DNA of 64,000 nt from Eledone cirrhosa (Eukaryota): positions 63,922,001 to 63,986,000 of the forward strand of contig OZ024742.1 in assembly GCA_964016885.1 (NCBI GenBank), in the 5' to 3' direction. The notes below the pieces were generated by a model, which ran no database searches, was not told the DNA's origin, and saw only the letters and a list, made by a program, of their open reading frames with translations. A program made the position numbers and the translations under genes. This document shows positions 28,936 through 43,564 of this stretch, piece after piece; position 1 is the first letter of the stretch; every line of letters begins with the position of its first letter.

Positions 28936-29439
28936 GAATGGTTAAAATCTACAATGTAAATACCCTTAAGTGAGGTTATTGGGGAAGATAGAGTAGAAAA
29001 GAAAGAGAGAAAAGAAGGAGAGAGGAAGATAGAGAGAAAGATATGCAGGGGTTGGGGAAATGGGTGATAGTGGTTTGTAGATATCTTAATCAAAATGTTG
29101 TGGTAGGGGTGTTATTATACTGGTTACTCTTAAAGCGACCACCTTAAGCGATGCGTTGATAGTCAAGGTTGGAATTATTTATTGCCCCAGAGGGCAGGTT
29201 CATAGATGTGGGGAGGGAGGGAGGTAGGCCTAGGGCGAGAGAGAGTGGAATGGATAGAGAGGGAGAGATAGAGAGGGGACAGATGAAAGCTATGGGGTGG
29301 GTGAACATTGGGTTCATAGTAGTAATCTGCGAATTACACTAAGTTCCCATGTATAGTGATCAGCAGGGTATTGTCTTGTAGTGTGGGGGAAGAGAAAGTG
29401 GTTAGCTAGAAAGCAATGTTATAGTTACGGGTTCGAATG

Positions 29440-31473
29440 TTAAGTTATTTTATAGTGAGAGAATTTAGCCTTCAGTTTGTGGTTGCAGTATAATGATCGT
29501 TCGATTCTATCGTTAAGTAATTTATTTTTGGATTTTAAGATGTAAAAGAGTTCAAGGTTACATAACCTGCAGTACTTCAATCCACTCCGATATGCACTTG
29601 CGCTGGAAAGTATATCCCATTTCAAGGTGAACTGTTGGTTGCGTTCACGGAGTTGCCAGGTCTTGTTGGTGAGCGTGGTCACAATACGGTGGTCAGGATG
29701 TTTAATTGAGAATCGATGACGGTACCAGCGAGATTTAAAGGAGGTAGTGGTAGACCCGATGTAATACCATTTCTAGTCGTTCGATTCAACAGTGCATTGG
29801 TAGACAATGTTGGACTTTAGGCATTTATTCTTTAATGGACATCTTTCAGGTAGATGGCAGTTACAGTTTTTGTTGTGGGTAGCGGGCATACCATGGATAG
29901 GTTGTGAGAGCAGTACAGGTGAGTTGTGTAATACCTGTCTCCCATTTAGTGGTTGGGAGGCCGATATTACGTTATGCTCATCTGTTATCAAAATATTTTG
30001 TTTTGTAGTGTTGTTTAATAATTGCTTTAAGTTATATGCTTCAAGGTTTGGGGCCGTGGAGTATGATAGTCTAATAGTTTTAGAGTTCAGAATTTTACTG
30101 TATTTATGGGAACTAGGGAAATGCTTGTTGATTAACTTAAAGAATGAAAGAGATAGTTTTGTACTAATCGAAGCATTAAAAATAGGATTATACCAGATAT
30201 ACTTTCTACAACGTGATTTATTTGGTGATGATTTTCTATTATTAGTATGTCTGGTGGTACTGCGTGTGTGCGCTTGTATTTTAGTACCCTGGTTACGTAT
30301 TCCTTGATTTCGTGTAGAGCTATGTGTGTTATGGAGATTCTTATCAATGTATTCTATTGTATCCCGGTGGTCGGCATTCCTTAATGCATTATTATAGTAT
30401 TCAGCGTGTTCATTAAAAATCTCAGAGTCAGACGATAGGCGAGAGATTCTAAGAGAAATACTACGGGGAACCGATTTGATCATGGAAAGTGGGTGGTTTG
30501 AGTTAAAATTGATATAAGTAAGGTTCTCATTTATCTTGTGGAAGGGTCGTATCAGTCCGGTATTTAAATTAAGAGTTACGTCTAGAAAATTTACTACTTT
30601 AAGATTGTATTCGTACGTTATTTTTAGACCCATTTCACTAAAAGATTTTCTAATATTTTTCCGTAGTCTTTCAAGATTTTGGTTATTTAAGTTATTAACT
30701 AATAAGAGCCCGCCATCTCTGTATATTCCCACCTGTAGATTACTAAATTTACTATGTAGTATGTGGGCTATGTAAATTCCCACAAGATCCGTGACCTCCG
30801 CTGAGTCGTTGGAACCCATGGTAATGTCGAAGTTTGTGGGTCTGTCCTTACGTTCCCAGTAGCAGTTATCAAACTTGATAATAGTTTTTCTAGCCTCGAG
30901 AATAATATTAATTTCGTCCTCCGTTAGGTCGGAATTGACTTTAGCAAACGATAGGGCCTTACGTAAAGTGCCGGGTGAGATTGAAGAATAGTATTCGTCT
31001 ATGTCAAATTGTATAAACTTAGATTTATTCTTGTTCTTAACGTTATTAAACCAGCGAATTGCTTCGCTAGTGTTGCCCCATAATTTAATTTCAATTTTCT
31101 TTTTCAATTGAGTTATTACTCTGTCAAGTATATGTTTGCTAATTTTTCCTATGTCTGATTTAGAAGGACATATAAGTCTAATCTTAGGGTTAGAGTCAAA
31201 ATGTACCTTATGGTCCTTCAGGTTGAAGGTGGGGGTAGCGGGTATAATCGGCTCGGTTCTATCGTCTATCTTGAGATTCTTCACCACCTTGTATGCCTCG
31301 TTGTTAATATTTGCTAGCGTAGTTTCACTTGTTTTTCTATATTTTTTGTGTAGTTCATTGCGTATGAAGCTGTTGCATGTATCGATATCCATGGTATACA
31401 CGTTAGAGGTCTTGTCAGCTTTCACAACAATTCCATTGGTATTTTGCAGTCTTCGGAGTAGTGCTTTTATGTT
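29440..31473 (-). pseudogene. PLE RT plus GIY-YIG endonuclease with one in-frame stop (29773) and YRDD changed to YRDG
   Basis: VKADKTSN, IQFDIDEYYSSI, ITMGSNDSAE, GIYRDGGL, NFLDVTL, SNHP, CPLKNKC, NIVYQC...YYIGSTT, CRLCNLE. Confidence 0.92.
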
Positions 31474-31611
31474 GCATTTGATAATTGAGTTTTGCAAATA
31501 GTTATAAGTTTGCACATAGCATAACTAGGCTGTATAACCACCCTGGAAACATTTGTAAGCACACAGAATAAATCACCTTTTTATGATGTCTACCTGTTAT
31601 TATTCATTCTT

Positions 31612-31675
<64 letters not shown>

Positions 31676-31676
<1 letters not shown>

Positions 31677-32036
31677 AGGAACTCAGCAGCGTCAACGCCC
31701 ATCCAAATAGTACCTTTTTTTTTTACCTGGGAGTGAAAGGCCCCCAGTTGTTGTGACAACACCTTTCTAAGAGAGGGAAACTCTAAAAAAAAACCTGCGG
31801 CTTCGGAAACATCCGATGATGTTGACCAGTTCTCCTTTTCGGGTAGTGTTTTCGATGCTCAGAGAGTAGGATTGGTCGAGTGCAAGTCCTTTCATCACTT
31901 TAAAAAAATGTTCAAAGCACAGGCATTGCTTGTTCAGGATATGTTACAGGTTCGTGTGGCTGGCTGTTGCCTAAAGGTGCACCAAACTCTATAATCTGAG
32001 AAGCGATTGCAATACTCTTTGCAGAGTTTGTAGCCA

Positions 32037-32040
<4 letters not shown>
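31676..32040 (+). mobile_element. Second copy of the 1235-1601 repeat
   Basis: Direct similarity; ends in (TA)n. Confidence 0.7.
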
Positions 32041-32088
<48 letters not shown>

Positions 32089-32104
32089 TCATTATTATTA
32101 TTAT

Positions 32105-33012
32105 TTATTGTAGAAAATTATATGTTTAAGAAAGCTCAGACAATACGAAATGGACGGTAAAATGAAGGCAACGAAAACGTTTGTTACCTGGTATTCATTA
32201 TTACTATCGAAGGGAGAACTATTTGATTTCTTAAGCCACATAGAGTTTATCACAAACTTACGAGCATTTAAGATTACATAAACTTCAGAATCCTTAATTT
32301 CCGTATGCGTTTTGGCGTAATTAATAGCTCTTAGAAGTGGTAAGGTAAGGGAAGAATACTAATTGTTGATGCCGAATTGGATAAAACGGCAGGGTTCCTT
32401 TTATATATACCCTTAAACCAATCAATCACCGCGAAAGAATTATTCCTCAATGCTAAAGCGGCCTTACCTCTAATTTGGGGTATAATCCTATTTAAAATTC
32501 TAAGCCTGCCTAAGTCAGCATAAGTGGGGTTAATGAGCCGAATAGATGGATTGTTATCGAAATTCGGTTTAAGATCCTTCTGGGTAAAATGAGGATTAAC
32601 AGGGTCCAAGGATTCAGTCCGGCCCTGGATATTAGTTCTGAAATGATTTTTAAACCAGCCGTATTGATGTTAAATATACTCCGATCAGTTTTCTGATAAT
32701 CTTTAGTAACAGCATTATGTAACCATTAGTGGTAAGTACTCCTCTCGACTTAGTATAGATTACCGGTTTTATCGGAGTGAACATGCATGGCATTAGAATG
32801 TATTATCCGTCGGATTCAAATCCTGTTAGAGGGAGTTACTTCTCTTTCGAAATTGGATATCCGTATGAGTTGAAGTACATCCTTTTCGAGCTATACTAAA
32901 TATTTTAAATCCATTTTTCCTTGGTATTTATCAGTTTTATCATGGTGGTATAAATAGATGGTACGTCAATACATTCTTTTTATGAAAGAATAAGATTTTT
33001 GGATAAGTATTG
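32105..33012 (-). pseudogene. Degenerate PLE RT N-terminal fragment; related piece in opposite orientation at 33583-33820
   Basis: KDLKPNFDNNPSIRLINPTYADLG parallels KDHKVHFDSNPKIRLICPSKSDIG of the 29.4-31.5 kb ORF. Confidence 0.75.
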
Positions 33013-33275
33013 TTTCTACACACACACACACATATATATATATAATGTCATTATTCTGTCTAAAAGTAACAGGAATCAAACATAAAACAAGCGGTGTGAC
33101 GCAATATTAACATCCGTCTTAAACAACCAGTATGGGTTATTCTATCTAACTACACCTTTGCACTGTGTTCCTCTTTCTGTATCCTATTGCCTTTCTTTCT
33201 CCGTCTTTCACGCGCACACACACTTACACACTTACACACACACACACACACGCGCACACACACACGCACACACAC

Positions 33276-33354
<79 letters not shown>

Positions 33355-33496
33355 CCCCCAAGTATTTCTGAAGTATTCTCTATCAATAATATTCACTAAT
33401 ATTGATATAATTTAGGTCTATATAACTGATATCAGTAAATTATAGGTATATTACTTGTGGCACAAACAGTGGATAGTGGGATTTGAACTAATAAAA

Positions 33497-33584
<88 letters not shown>

Positions 33585-34201
33585 AATACTTATCCTAAAA
33601 TCTTATTTTTCTATAAAAAGAATGTATTGACGTGCCTTCTATTTCTACCACCAGGATAAAGTTGATAAATACCAGGAAAAAATTGAATTTAAAACATACA
33701 ATAACCCTTCAAGCAGCCCAGCTTTAGTACAACTCGAAAACAATGAATGTACTTGAACTCATACGGATATGAAATTTCGAAAGAGAAGTAACCTCTTCTA
33801 ACAGGATTTGAATCCGACAGCCCTGGAGAGGGATGAGCTTCGCCAAACTTAAAATGCCCAAGAAACGCCGTACGTCAATACGTGCCCCTGCGACTCTATC
33901 AGGAGTTACGGGACCATACCAAACCAGCCAGCATGGTATAACAAGCCACATCCGACACTGGAATAGTTCCTTTATTTTCCTCGGAAGAAAAGATATTAAT
34001 CTCGAAATATCAGGACATGAAAAAATGAAGGTAAAAAAGAACCTCTGTTTCTTACGATTTAATTATTTTCCGTCCAACCGGCATTGTCGTGGCTTTCAGA
34101 CTTCGAATTTTTTATATATATATATAGTTAGTTTCAGAAGATCCCGTTAAGGGTGGAAGCAGCGATTCTTTGCTTAAACTTTAATCTGATATTTTAATAA
34201 A

Positions 34202-34243
<42 letters not shown>

Positions 34244-35000
34244 CAAATAAATTATCGAGAATCGGAACTTCGGCCCACGAAATAACGAAACACAATCTTC
34301 GAAATGTATGGCAAAGTGCTCAATAGTTCGGATAAACCAGAGCTATAACTAACGTTTAATACCAACACACTGAGACGATGCCAAAAATACGACCAAGAAA
34401 ATTTCGGGTCAGACAAATAAAAATATATATGAATGAAAAATGAAAAAAAATATATTTGAATGAATATATATATATATATATATATAGCTTAATGTGCTTT
34501 TATACCTGTATTGTATTATGTGATACCTTTGCCATACTGTAATATATATGCTTAGTACCATTGCTTGTTTCTTACCTGGTTATTCTGTACATGCCTAATA
34601 CCTCTGCACACTTTCTATACGTTTGCCTATGTACCGCTAATGTCCTCATTTTGCGAGTAACTTTTTCTTTAATTCCTCTATAATTGTTGTATTATTCTTT
34701 TATAAAATAAAGTACCAGTAATACACTGGGATAATTGCTGGCCTTGTGCCAAATATAGAAACAATTATTCTTTTATAATCTTTGTCGCATCCACTGATAC
34801 TGACGACACCATCTTCACTCTTTAAATATGACATTGTTAATGACAACAGTAATATCTACGTATCTTTACAATTGTTCTGTGGAATAGGAGGTTAATTATA
34901 TGTCTAAACTTTGCTAGTGCTCCAATGATTCCAAACAGAAGTTTGGAAGAAACGATTGTCAGCAATAAAATGTTTTGAACATAGTTTTGATTATTCTGTA

Positions 35001-35051
<51 letters not shown>

Positions 35052-35992
35052 TTAAAACAATGAAATAAAAAATCAAGTCATTACAGATATACTTCACCGC
35101 TTTATGATCGTTTCTAGGTGATGATAATACATTGTAGCTATACTCCGTTATTGATCTATGTAATGTTAGTTACAAAATATTAGATAAAGAGAATATTTAC
35201 TTACATGCATATCACCAGCTGTTTTCAAAAGCAATAATAATTTTATTCAGAATTAGTAGTATGTTAGTATCTTGTCCTTATTTGGAGATAGTTGAAGAAC
35301 TAACCAATCAAATTGTTTTTTTCATATGGTGTTAAGATGAAAAGTAATACACTTTAGTTGAGGTCATGACCCTTTGAAAGGAATGGTTGAATGGTGTTAA
35401 TAGTAGAATTGGCATAAAAATCTATTAGGAGGAAAGGGATTGTCAAACTGATGGTTGAATGTATCTGGTATAGTGAAGTTTAAAAGGAATGTAAAAATAA
35501 ATGGTGATTAGTGTTGTATTGAGTTTTTAGGCGAATATAAATTAAGATTATGGCTAGGAAAGTTAGTATATTAAAAGATGAAAATTATAATAAGATAATG
35601 AAATACAGTAATGCGATAATATACAACATAACCAACACAATATAGTACGGTGTGGTAAATTGTACTTAGTACAATACAGCATATGATACGCTCTAAAATA
35701 CTATCAAGTATGTTTATGTATAAATAATCAAACTGAGATAAATACGTGTTGGCATAGTTAAAACACATAAATTTCATAGATTACAAAGTGCATATATCCA
35801 CACTATATATAGAGAGGTACAGTTATATTGATACCCAACCAAAAATATACATACGCACAAATAGATGCAAACCTAAATACACATTTACACATGTGCACAT
35901 TATTCATATACACACATATCCATACATATCTATATCTACACTTACACACCTATACGCACATATATACATATATATATATATACATATACATA

Positions 35993-36130
35993 TAGAATTA
36001 GCCGTCGAAACGGCTTGAGCTCAGCCGTCGGGGTCTTACTGGTTCCTATTACCCACTCTACTACTCTAAGTATTGAGTACTTTGGTGCGTTATGGTCCAC
36101 CTGGTTCCTTACCACATTTCCTTCGTTATA
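35993..36130 (+). mobile_element. Short PLE 3' end (hammerhead 3' half plus tail) in (TA)n; shorter copy at 20366-20421
   Basis: GCCGTCGAAACGGCTTGAGCTCAGCCGTCGGGGTC...; matches 39030-39170. Confidence 0.8.
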
Positions 36131-36138
36131 CATATACA

Positions 36139-36170
<32 letters not shown>

Positions 36171-36604
36171 CACACACATATATATATATATATATATATG
36201 TATGTACACACCTCATACATGTACACACACTCATATATAAACACGCATACACATATACTCACATATACACACACACAAACACACACATATATATATATAC
36301 ACATACACACACATATACATATATATATATATATATATACATATATACACATACATAAATATATATATACACACACATACATTTATTTCCATATCATACA
36401 TAGATATATATTTACTCATGCAATTACGGGTGGTTGTGTACCTTGTTGCCTTTAGTCATTAACGCATAAACCTAAGGAAGCTAAAACATTAAAAGGTAAA
36501 AACATGTATTTATCATGGTGTCCAACCCTCTACCGAAACTGCCAATCCACAACCCAAATAATGTAAAGGGAGGTAACTGTCAATTAAAATCACAAGTTAA
36601 TGAT

Positions 36605-36830
36605 TAGGCATGAATCCGACTTGTTGCAGGTGGTGTCCGCTTCTAATGACGAGATGAGCTTGGTTAAGGAGGATCATGGTGAAGACTTTGCTTGGGATGG
36701 AGAGAAAGGTGATGCCCCTGTGGCTTCTGCAGACGAGTTTGTCGCCCTTCTGTTTCCAGAAGGGGGGGTAATGCCTCGTTCCAATCATTTGGGAGCCGCT
36801 GACACCCATACATGGTTGATGATACGGATG
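36605..36830 (-). pseudogene. LINE RT fragment
   Basis: KGDKLVCRSHRGITFLSIPSKVFTMILL...QVGF. Confidence 0.75.
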
Positions 36831-37288
36831 GGCCACTGGATCATGTTACCTCCGCTCGCCTTCAACATAGTGAGAAAGGATGGAAAACGTAAACCAAAGA
36901 AAAACAAAGAACTATAATGTCGTGATCACCTCATCAGCTTCATTCCAACCGACGTGATTTTTCTAATTTATTTTTCCTTTTTCGTAATTCTCCAAGAAAA
37001 AAAATTGCTCCATCGTGCTCATTCATTCTCATCTTTCTCTACACTTCTCTACACTTCTCTCGTTTCTCATCATATACTTTAGACACTCTTTCATTCTCTG
37101 CCTCTCTACCTCCTTCTCTGAACATTCTTCCGATCTTATGAGGTTATATTTTAACCCAATTTTTGCTATACATAATAGCTGTTGGCTGTTTTCACAGCTA
37201 CTTCTGTGATTGAGATTCCTATAATTTTATGATATTTCTTATACACTCATCGCTTCAATCCTTTTTCAATTATGTTTACATTTATACA

Positions 37289-37362
<74 letters not shown>

Positions 37363-37364
37363 TG

Positions 37365-37416
<52 letters not shown>

Positions 37417-37421
<5 letters not shown>

Positions 37422-38031
37422 ATAGAGAAATTAATGTAAGCAAAAAGCAAACAATAATTCAGACATATAAGTGACTATAACATCAAGATGAAATATTTTT
37501 AACGAGAGATATGGGATAAGTAATAAAATCTTAATTCAATAAAATCAAGAAAAAATGCTTAACCGTCAATTTGGGAAAACTACAAATGCACTATATAGTC
37601 TTAAAAGACTATTTCAGGAAACTTTTCAGTGGGGTTAGTCACGGTTGGAGTCGATCTTCAGAAGTGCTCAACACGTTAACTAAATTTCACTGCTAAAATG
37701 CCGGAGGGGAATTGAAAGCAGGCAAGCGAACATCATGTAGAAATGAAATAACAAAACACACGTGGACACACGCTAGTGATGCCGGGATGAGACGAAAATC
37801 TGTTTACAAGAAACACCAGTCAAAACATTCCGAAAAACTCAACAAAGATATGGAGTTCAGCATAAGCAATATTATCGCAGTCTTTTTTTTTTTTTAAACT
37901 GGGATTAGTCACAAATATTAATAAGCACTCAAGGGAAACTCCGAGTATTAATATATAAATGAAAATAAAGAAATTAATGTAAGCAAAAAGCTAACAATAA
38001 TTCAGACATATAAGTGACTATAACATCAAGA
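37417..38031 (-). mobile_element. Direct-repeat-bounded unit (72-bp repeats, 543-nt period) with degenerate hammerhead-like motif at ~37588-37632
   Basis: 37417-37488 closely matches 37960-38031; CUGAAAA...GAAAUAGUCUU uu AAGACUAU A on the minus strand. Confidence 0.5.
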
Positions 38032-38145
38032 GCATAAGTTACACGGACGGGGTCCTCTCGTGTAAGAGTTAGCTCTGGACAGTAAGCTCCAAGTGAGATT
38101 GTAGGTTATCGAGCATAAGTTACACGTCCGTGTAACTTATGCTCG

Positions 38146-39170
38146 GAGGAAACATTACAAATGCTGTTTTCGAAGGACCAACTCCTAAACAAAAAAGACG
38201 AACTGATAACCGCATGCAAACACAGATTGCGTAGGACTTACCTCGCCCTCAAACCCCATAACGACCCGGGTGGGTAGACAAGGGCTGATAACCCCCCCCC
38301 CCCCACACACACACACACACTTGCCGAATAAGTTAGGGGAAACCCCAGCTTACATAGGTAGATGTATCTCTTTTCTTTTCCTCTTTGTTTTCTTCTTCCC
38401 CCTGTCTCATCCTATCACTTCCTTCCACCCCTATTTTCTTCCTCGTCTGCATTTCCCCTTTCGCCTACCCCGATGCAGCCCATCGGGCCTCTGTAGCATC
38501 AGTTCCCCCACCCCTGTAATTTTAAGATAGAATTGGCCGAATACGTTCTACTAACTACTTATAGCAGATGTGTTAAACCCCTTTAATTTTGTATCAGTTT
38601 TGTTACTACTTGTACAAGTTTTTTCTATTCTCAACTTATTAACCTGTAATTGTAAGATAGCATTGTGATATTTTTTATTCATTTCTCACTATCTAATTTT
38701 ATATTTTTTTTATTTATTTCTATTATCTTTTATTGTCTCCTACTCTCATTCGATTTACCTTTTCTATAACCTCCCTCCTCCACTTCATACACTATCCTTA
38801 GAATCTGCTGTATACATATCACTTTCAACGTTTGACCGCTCCACTCACTCCCCTATTGTTCTACAGGCAAGTTCAGCCACCCCTACCTCCCACCAAATGC
38901 CATGATAGACTTATTTGTGTTTACAACAAATTTTAACCAATCCTCTTGACAACTACAATCTTCCCATATAAGGAAGTACCCCCTTGACAAGTTCGGCTAT
39001 TTATTCACCAGGATAAAAATTCTAATTTAGTCCAGAAATAGCCGTCGAAACGGCTTGAGCTCTGCCGTCAGGGTCATACTTTTTCCTATTTCCCACTCTA
39101 CTACCCTAAGTATTGAGTACTCTGGTGCGTTATGGTCCATCTGGTTCCTTACCACATTTCCTTTGTTATA
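38146..39170 (+). mobile_element. PLE 3' end: GIY-YIG C-terminus, UTR, degenerate hammerhead 38978-39075, tail
   Basis: LLNKKDELITACKHR; TTGACAA core, stem II CGGCTATTT/AAATAGCCG, GAAACGGC...GCCGTC. Confidence 0.7.
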
Positions 39171-39197
39171 TATATATATACATACACGCATGCATAC

Positions 39198-39247
<50 letters not shown>

Positions 39248-39443
39248 CGGCCTGCCCGCCCAGCCAGTGGGATGGCGTCATCGTATGGCTAAAACAGCAC
39301 GTGCTGTGACCAGCGGCGCCGAATGGCGCCCGACAGGCTGGTCGGTCAAGGTGATCAAGAAGATGATATACATATATAAATATATATATATATACATACG
39401 TACATACGTGTATATATATATATATACATACGTATATATATAT

Positions 39444-39581
<138 letters not shown>

Positions 39582-39610
39582 CGTACATACGTATATATAT
39601 ATATATAGTT

Positions 39611-39707
<97 letters not shown>

Positions 39708-40090
39708 ATACACACTAGTTGGTGCACACATGAGAGAGAAAAGCAATCATTGCTGAAAGTTGAATCTCAATAACTTAATTTAGTTGGAATGAAACTGATT
39801 GAAATTCCAGTTACCAAACGTTTTCTTAGAAGTGTTGGTTCCATTTACCATTGTCTCGGTGTTCTTGTTTGTGTTGTTTCTTTTCATTCCAAATTGATTG
39901 ACTAATGTCACAGGTGTGCTGCGTGTATGAAGGGAAAGATTTTCATTTCAATCAGTATGATTTAGACTTACTGAATTGAATTATACACATGCATATACAC
40001 TCACACATTTATATAGATACCTATATGTGTGTGTATATGTATGTCTGTGCGTGTGTGTGTGTGAGAGTATGTGTGTTTGTGCATGCAAGC

Positions 40091-40171
<81 letters not shown>

Positions 40172-40544
40172 CATGAGTGTACATATGTAATGCAATGCAT
40201 ATTAGCATAGTATGGTCTGAGCTCCATACAGTGCAGTGTAAAATATATAACAGTAAAGTACTTTAGATAATGATTATACAGCTACCTAAAACGTTTCACG
40301 GTTGGAGCACTTTTAAAATAGGTTGGTTGGCATGGTTAGAACAAAAATAAATCCTTTAATTGCAAGAGTTCTACTACATGAAATTTAGTGCAAACCATTT
40401 TATTCAAAAGTGCATGTTTAAGGATATATAATTAAAAATATGTTCCATGTAGAATAATTAATTTCAGCTAGAACAAAGTCACATACAAACAGAGAGATAT
40501 ATATCTATAGATATTTATCCATCCATCATTGGCTATGTCTTTCT

Positions 40545-40880
40545 TCGTGACGCTAAATTCCGCCAGTTGCAGACTGCGCATCAACATGAGATATCTCTCT
40601 CCACAAAGTTCGATCACCAGCAGCAGAGTTCAAAGAACAAAGATCAAGTCCAGTCCATAAGTTGACATTGTCAAGCCATCGTTTAGGCTGCCGGCCTCTG
40701 CTTCTCTTACCAGCCAACCTTCCTTCCAGGCATAACCTATTCACACCACGAGTTGATCTTTTTATATAGCCGTATAGTTTGAGTACTCTTGACTTGAGAA
40801 TTGATGTAATTGGTCTAAGTTTGGTAATGTTGAGTAGCTCACTGATACAGATACGGTCGCTGAGCCACTTGCCAGTCATA
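40545..40880 (-). pseudogene. RTE-like LINE C-terminal fragment
   Basis: LKLYGYIKR...LEGRLAGKRSRGRQPKRWLDNV. Confidence 0.75.
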
Positions 40881-41499
40881 AGTCTCGTGATGTGGTTCTA
40901 GAATGTAGAGAGCTTCTGGAGTGACCTTGTCGTCCAATTAACACGGTCAAGACCATATAATTGGCCATGTACTGGTACTTAATTATTGACCTCAAAAGGA
41001 TGAAAGGCAACGATAACCTCAACTGGTATTTGAACTCCGAGCGCAGAAAGACGGAACGAATACCGCAAAGCATTCTATCCGACATTCTAACAACTTAGCC
41101 AATACGCCGCCTTCTCTGTATATCTATAAATATATAATATATAATATATCAGTGTTTACAAAACCTATAATATAACTGAAGATATACAGTACATCTATAT
41201 ACAATATATAATGTGTATGTTGAATATCCGTCTGTTTTAGAACAACCTGCTCGTGAAATTAACATGTGACTGTGTATTCCACAGTACCCTTAACATAATT
41301 CTCAAGGAAATTTAGTGTGATACCATGTGTAACAAGGCTAGCACTTTGAATTACAGATACAGTCCATCCGACGGGCTTCCAAACAGATTCCGTCTACCCA
41401 ATTTCACTCACAAGCCATGGGTCTCGTCTTGAGAGACCTAATGATTCCAAAGCTTCTTCTTCTTCTTCTTCTTCTTCTTCTTCCTGGGTGGGTCGTCGG

Positions 41500-42290
41500 G
41501 GCAGAGAACCAGCCCTCGAACAAACAACACCGGATGTCAGTCTCAACATCAACGGACAGCCGGTCGAAATCGTCAACGAATTTCCCTACCTTTGCAGCAT
41601 CCCCACGAACAGCATCACCTGCAAGAAAGCCCTTGACAGTAAGATCAAAGTGGTTCATGCTGCGTACGGAAGATTCTCGCAGCGAGTCTTCAGCCATCAG
41701 GGCTTCACCATAATCAACATAAGAACCAAAATCATGGTCTTTAGAGCCGTAACCCTCTCCATCCTTCTGTACGCCTGCGAGACGTGGATCTTGTATCGTC
41801 GGGATACCAAACATCGGGATACCAAACAGCGGTTCCAGCAAAGGAAGCTCCGAAGAATCCTCCGCATCGGTTGGGAGAACTACATTACCAACAATGAGAT
41901 CCTTTCTCGGGCGACTCTCCCCAGCATCGAGGCTATCATCTTTCAGCATCGCCTTCGCGGGCCACGTGTCCAGCGGGAGGAGGTTAGGTGGAGGCCCAAA
42001 ACGACGCTTCAAGGATCAGTTAAAGACATCCCTGACACAAGCCAACATCAACCCTCAGATATGGGAAGCCGTTGCTGCAAATAGGTCTTCCTGGCGTAGG
42101 ACTATCCGGGACTTTCGAATCCAAGCGTCGACGTGAAGAAGATCTGCAACATGCTGCAACGAAGGCCCAACTCGCCCAACCATGTCCACCACAAACACTC
42201 CCCTGTGACTCCTGCTCACGACTCTTCAGTAGTAGACTGGCCCTCCACAGCCATGTTCGCCACTGCCACCAGGGGAGGGAAAAGGAAGCA
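41500..42290 (+). pseudogene. RTE/BovB-like LINE 3' fragment with C-terminal C2H2 finger
   Basis: EFPYLCS, LLYACETW, RFQQRKLRRIL, GGPKRRFKDQLK, CDSCSRLFSSRLALHSH. Confidence 0.85.
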
Positions 42291-42769
42291 GCAGAGACGG
42301 TGATGAAAATATGAATCCTAAAAATTGGTAGCAAATCTTTTGTTTTTGTTTCGTTCTACATAATCGGGTCAAGTGGATATAGCAACTATTATTAAACACA
42401 GGTACGACACCGAGTTTCTTATAACTTTTGACTGAATTATCCGTTTTACCGAACTAACAGAGGTCACGTAATAATAATTCAAGGTAAATTCCTACGAAAC
42501 TGTTGTCATATTATTTATAACATTTTCGCTATTAACTTGCATAACACCCTTTTGTTTATTCCTTGAAAACACATTAAGTGGAAACCTTCTCCTTTCATTT
42601 TAACTATAATATATGTATAAACTCGTAATTCCTGGTGTTGTAGGGTAGTTGTACGATTTCTTCCAGAAAAGGAGAGAGAGAGTGTATGTGTGGGAGGAAA
42701 TGAGAAAGAGATATAGTGGACGAATCGCACCCCACAACTGAACTGGTGCATTTTTTTTTTATCGACCTT

Positions 42770-43520
42770 TTATGACTTGGCTTTGCGAATGAAGATTAAA
42801 AAGCGGTGATCCACGTTGACTGCAGGCATGCTTGTGGCTGTTCAAGCCAATGCGGAACAGACAGGTACGACGGTAGCGGCTGCAACTGAAGGTCTGGTCG
42901 GGATTTGATGATGTGGTGTTGCAGTTCTTCCTCCTGCGCCTTTTATCTTCGAGGGTGCTCGTGTGGGTGGTTTCGAAGGAGGAGACAGTATGGTTGATGG
43001 TGAGACGCCAAGCGTCACGGTCCTCAGCTAGTGTGGACCACCGGCGATGGACGATATGACAAGCACAAAGGGATTTTTTAAAACAATCTTTGTATCGCTT
43101 CCTTGGTGCCCCAGTGTCGCGATGAACAGTGGAGAGTTCGCCGTACTGTGATCCTGGACAGGCGATGATCTTTCATCCTGGTGACGTACCCTGCTCAGCG
43201 TAGTTGGGACTTCAGCAGTATGGCCTCGATGCTGGTGACCTCCGTCCATTCAAGGACTTCAACATTGGCGACGAAGTCACTCTAGTGAATGTTGACCATG
43301 GAGCGGAGGCAGCGCTGGTGAAAGCGCTCGAGGACTTGAAGGTAGTGACGATAAGTGACCCACGACACTGAACCATATAGGATGCTGGGAAGGACTATGG
43401 CTCTGTATTCGCTGATCTTGGTACCCTTCTTCAGATGTTTGCTTCTCCACATGTATTTGTACAGTCTGCCAAATGCACTGTTCGCCTTCGCCAGTCTGTT
43501 GCCGATTTCCCTATCGATCT
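42770..43520 (-). pseudogene. RTE/BovB-like LINE 3' fragment
   Basis: NRLAKANSAFGRL, SILYGSVSW, LERFHQRCLRS. Confidence 0.85.
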
Positions 43521-43528
43521 TCTTCTTC

Positions 43529-43559
<31 letters not shown>

Positions 43560-43564
43560 TGGGA

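Larger units (their letters stand above)
28629..31614 (-). mobile_element. Penelope-like element, 5'-truncated; inverted 141-bp pLTR piece (31474-31614 vs 28771-28911), tail 28629-28770, TA-repeat flanks
   Basis: RT plus GIY-YIG ORF; inverted repeat; hammerhead. Confidence 0.93.
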
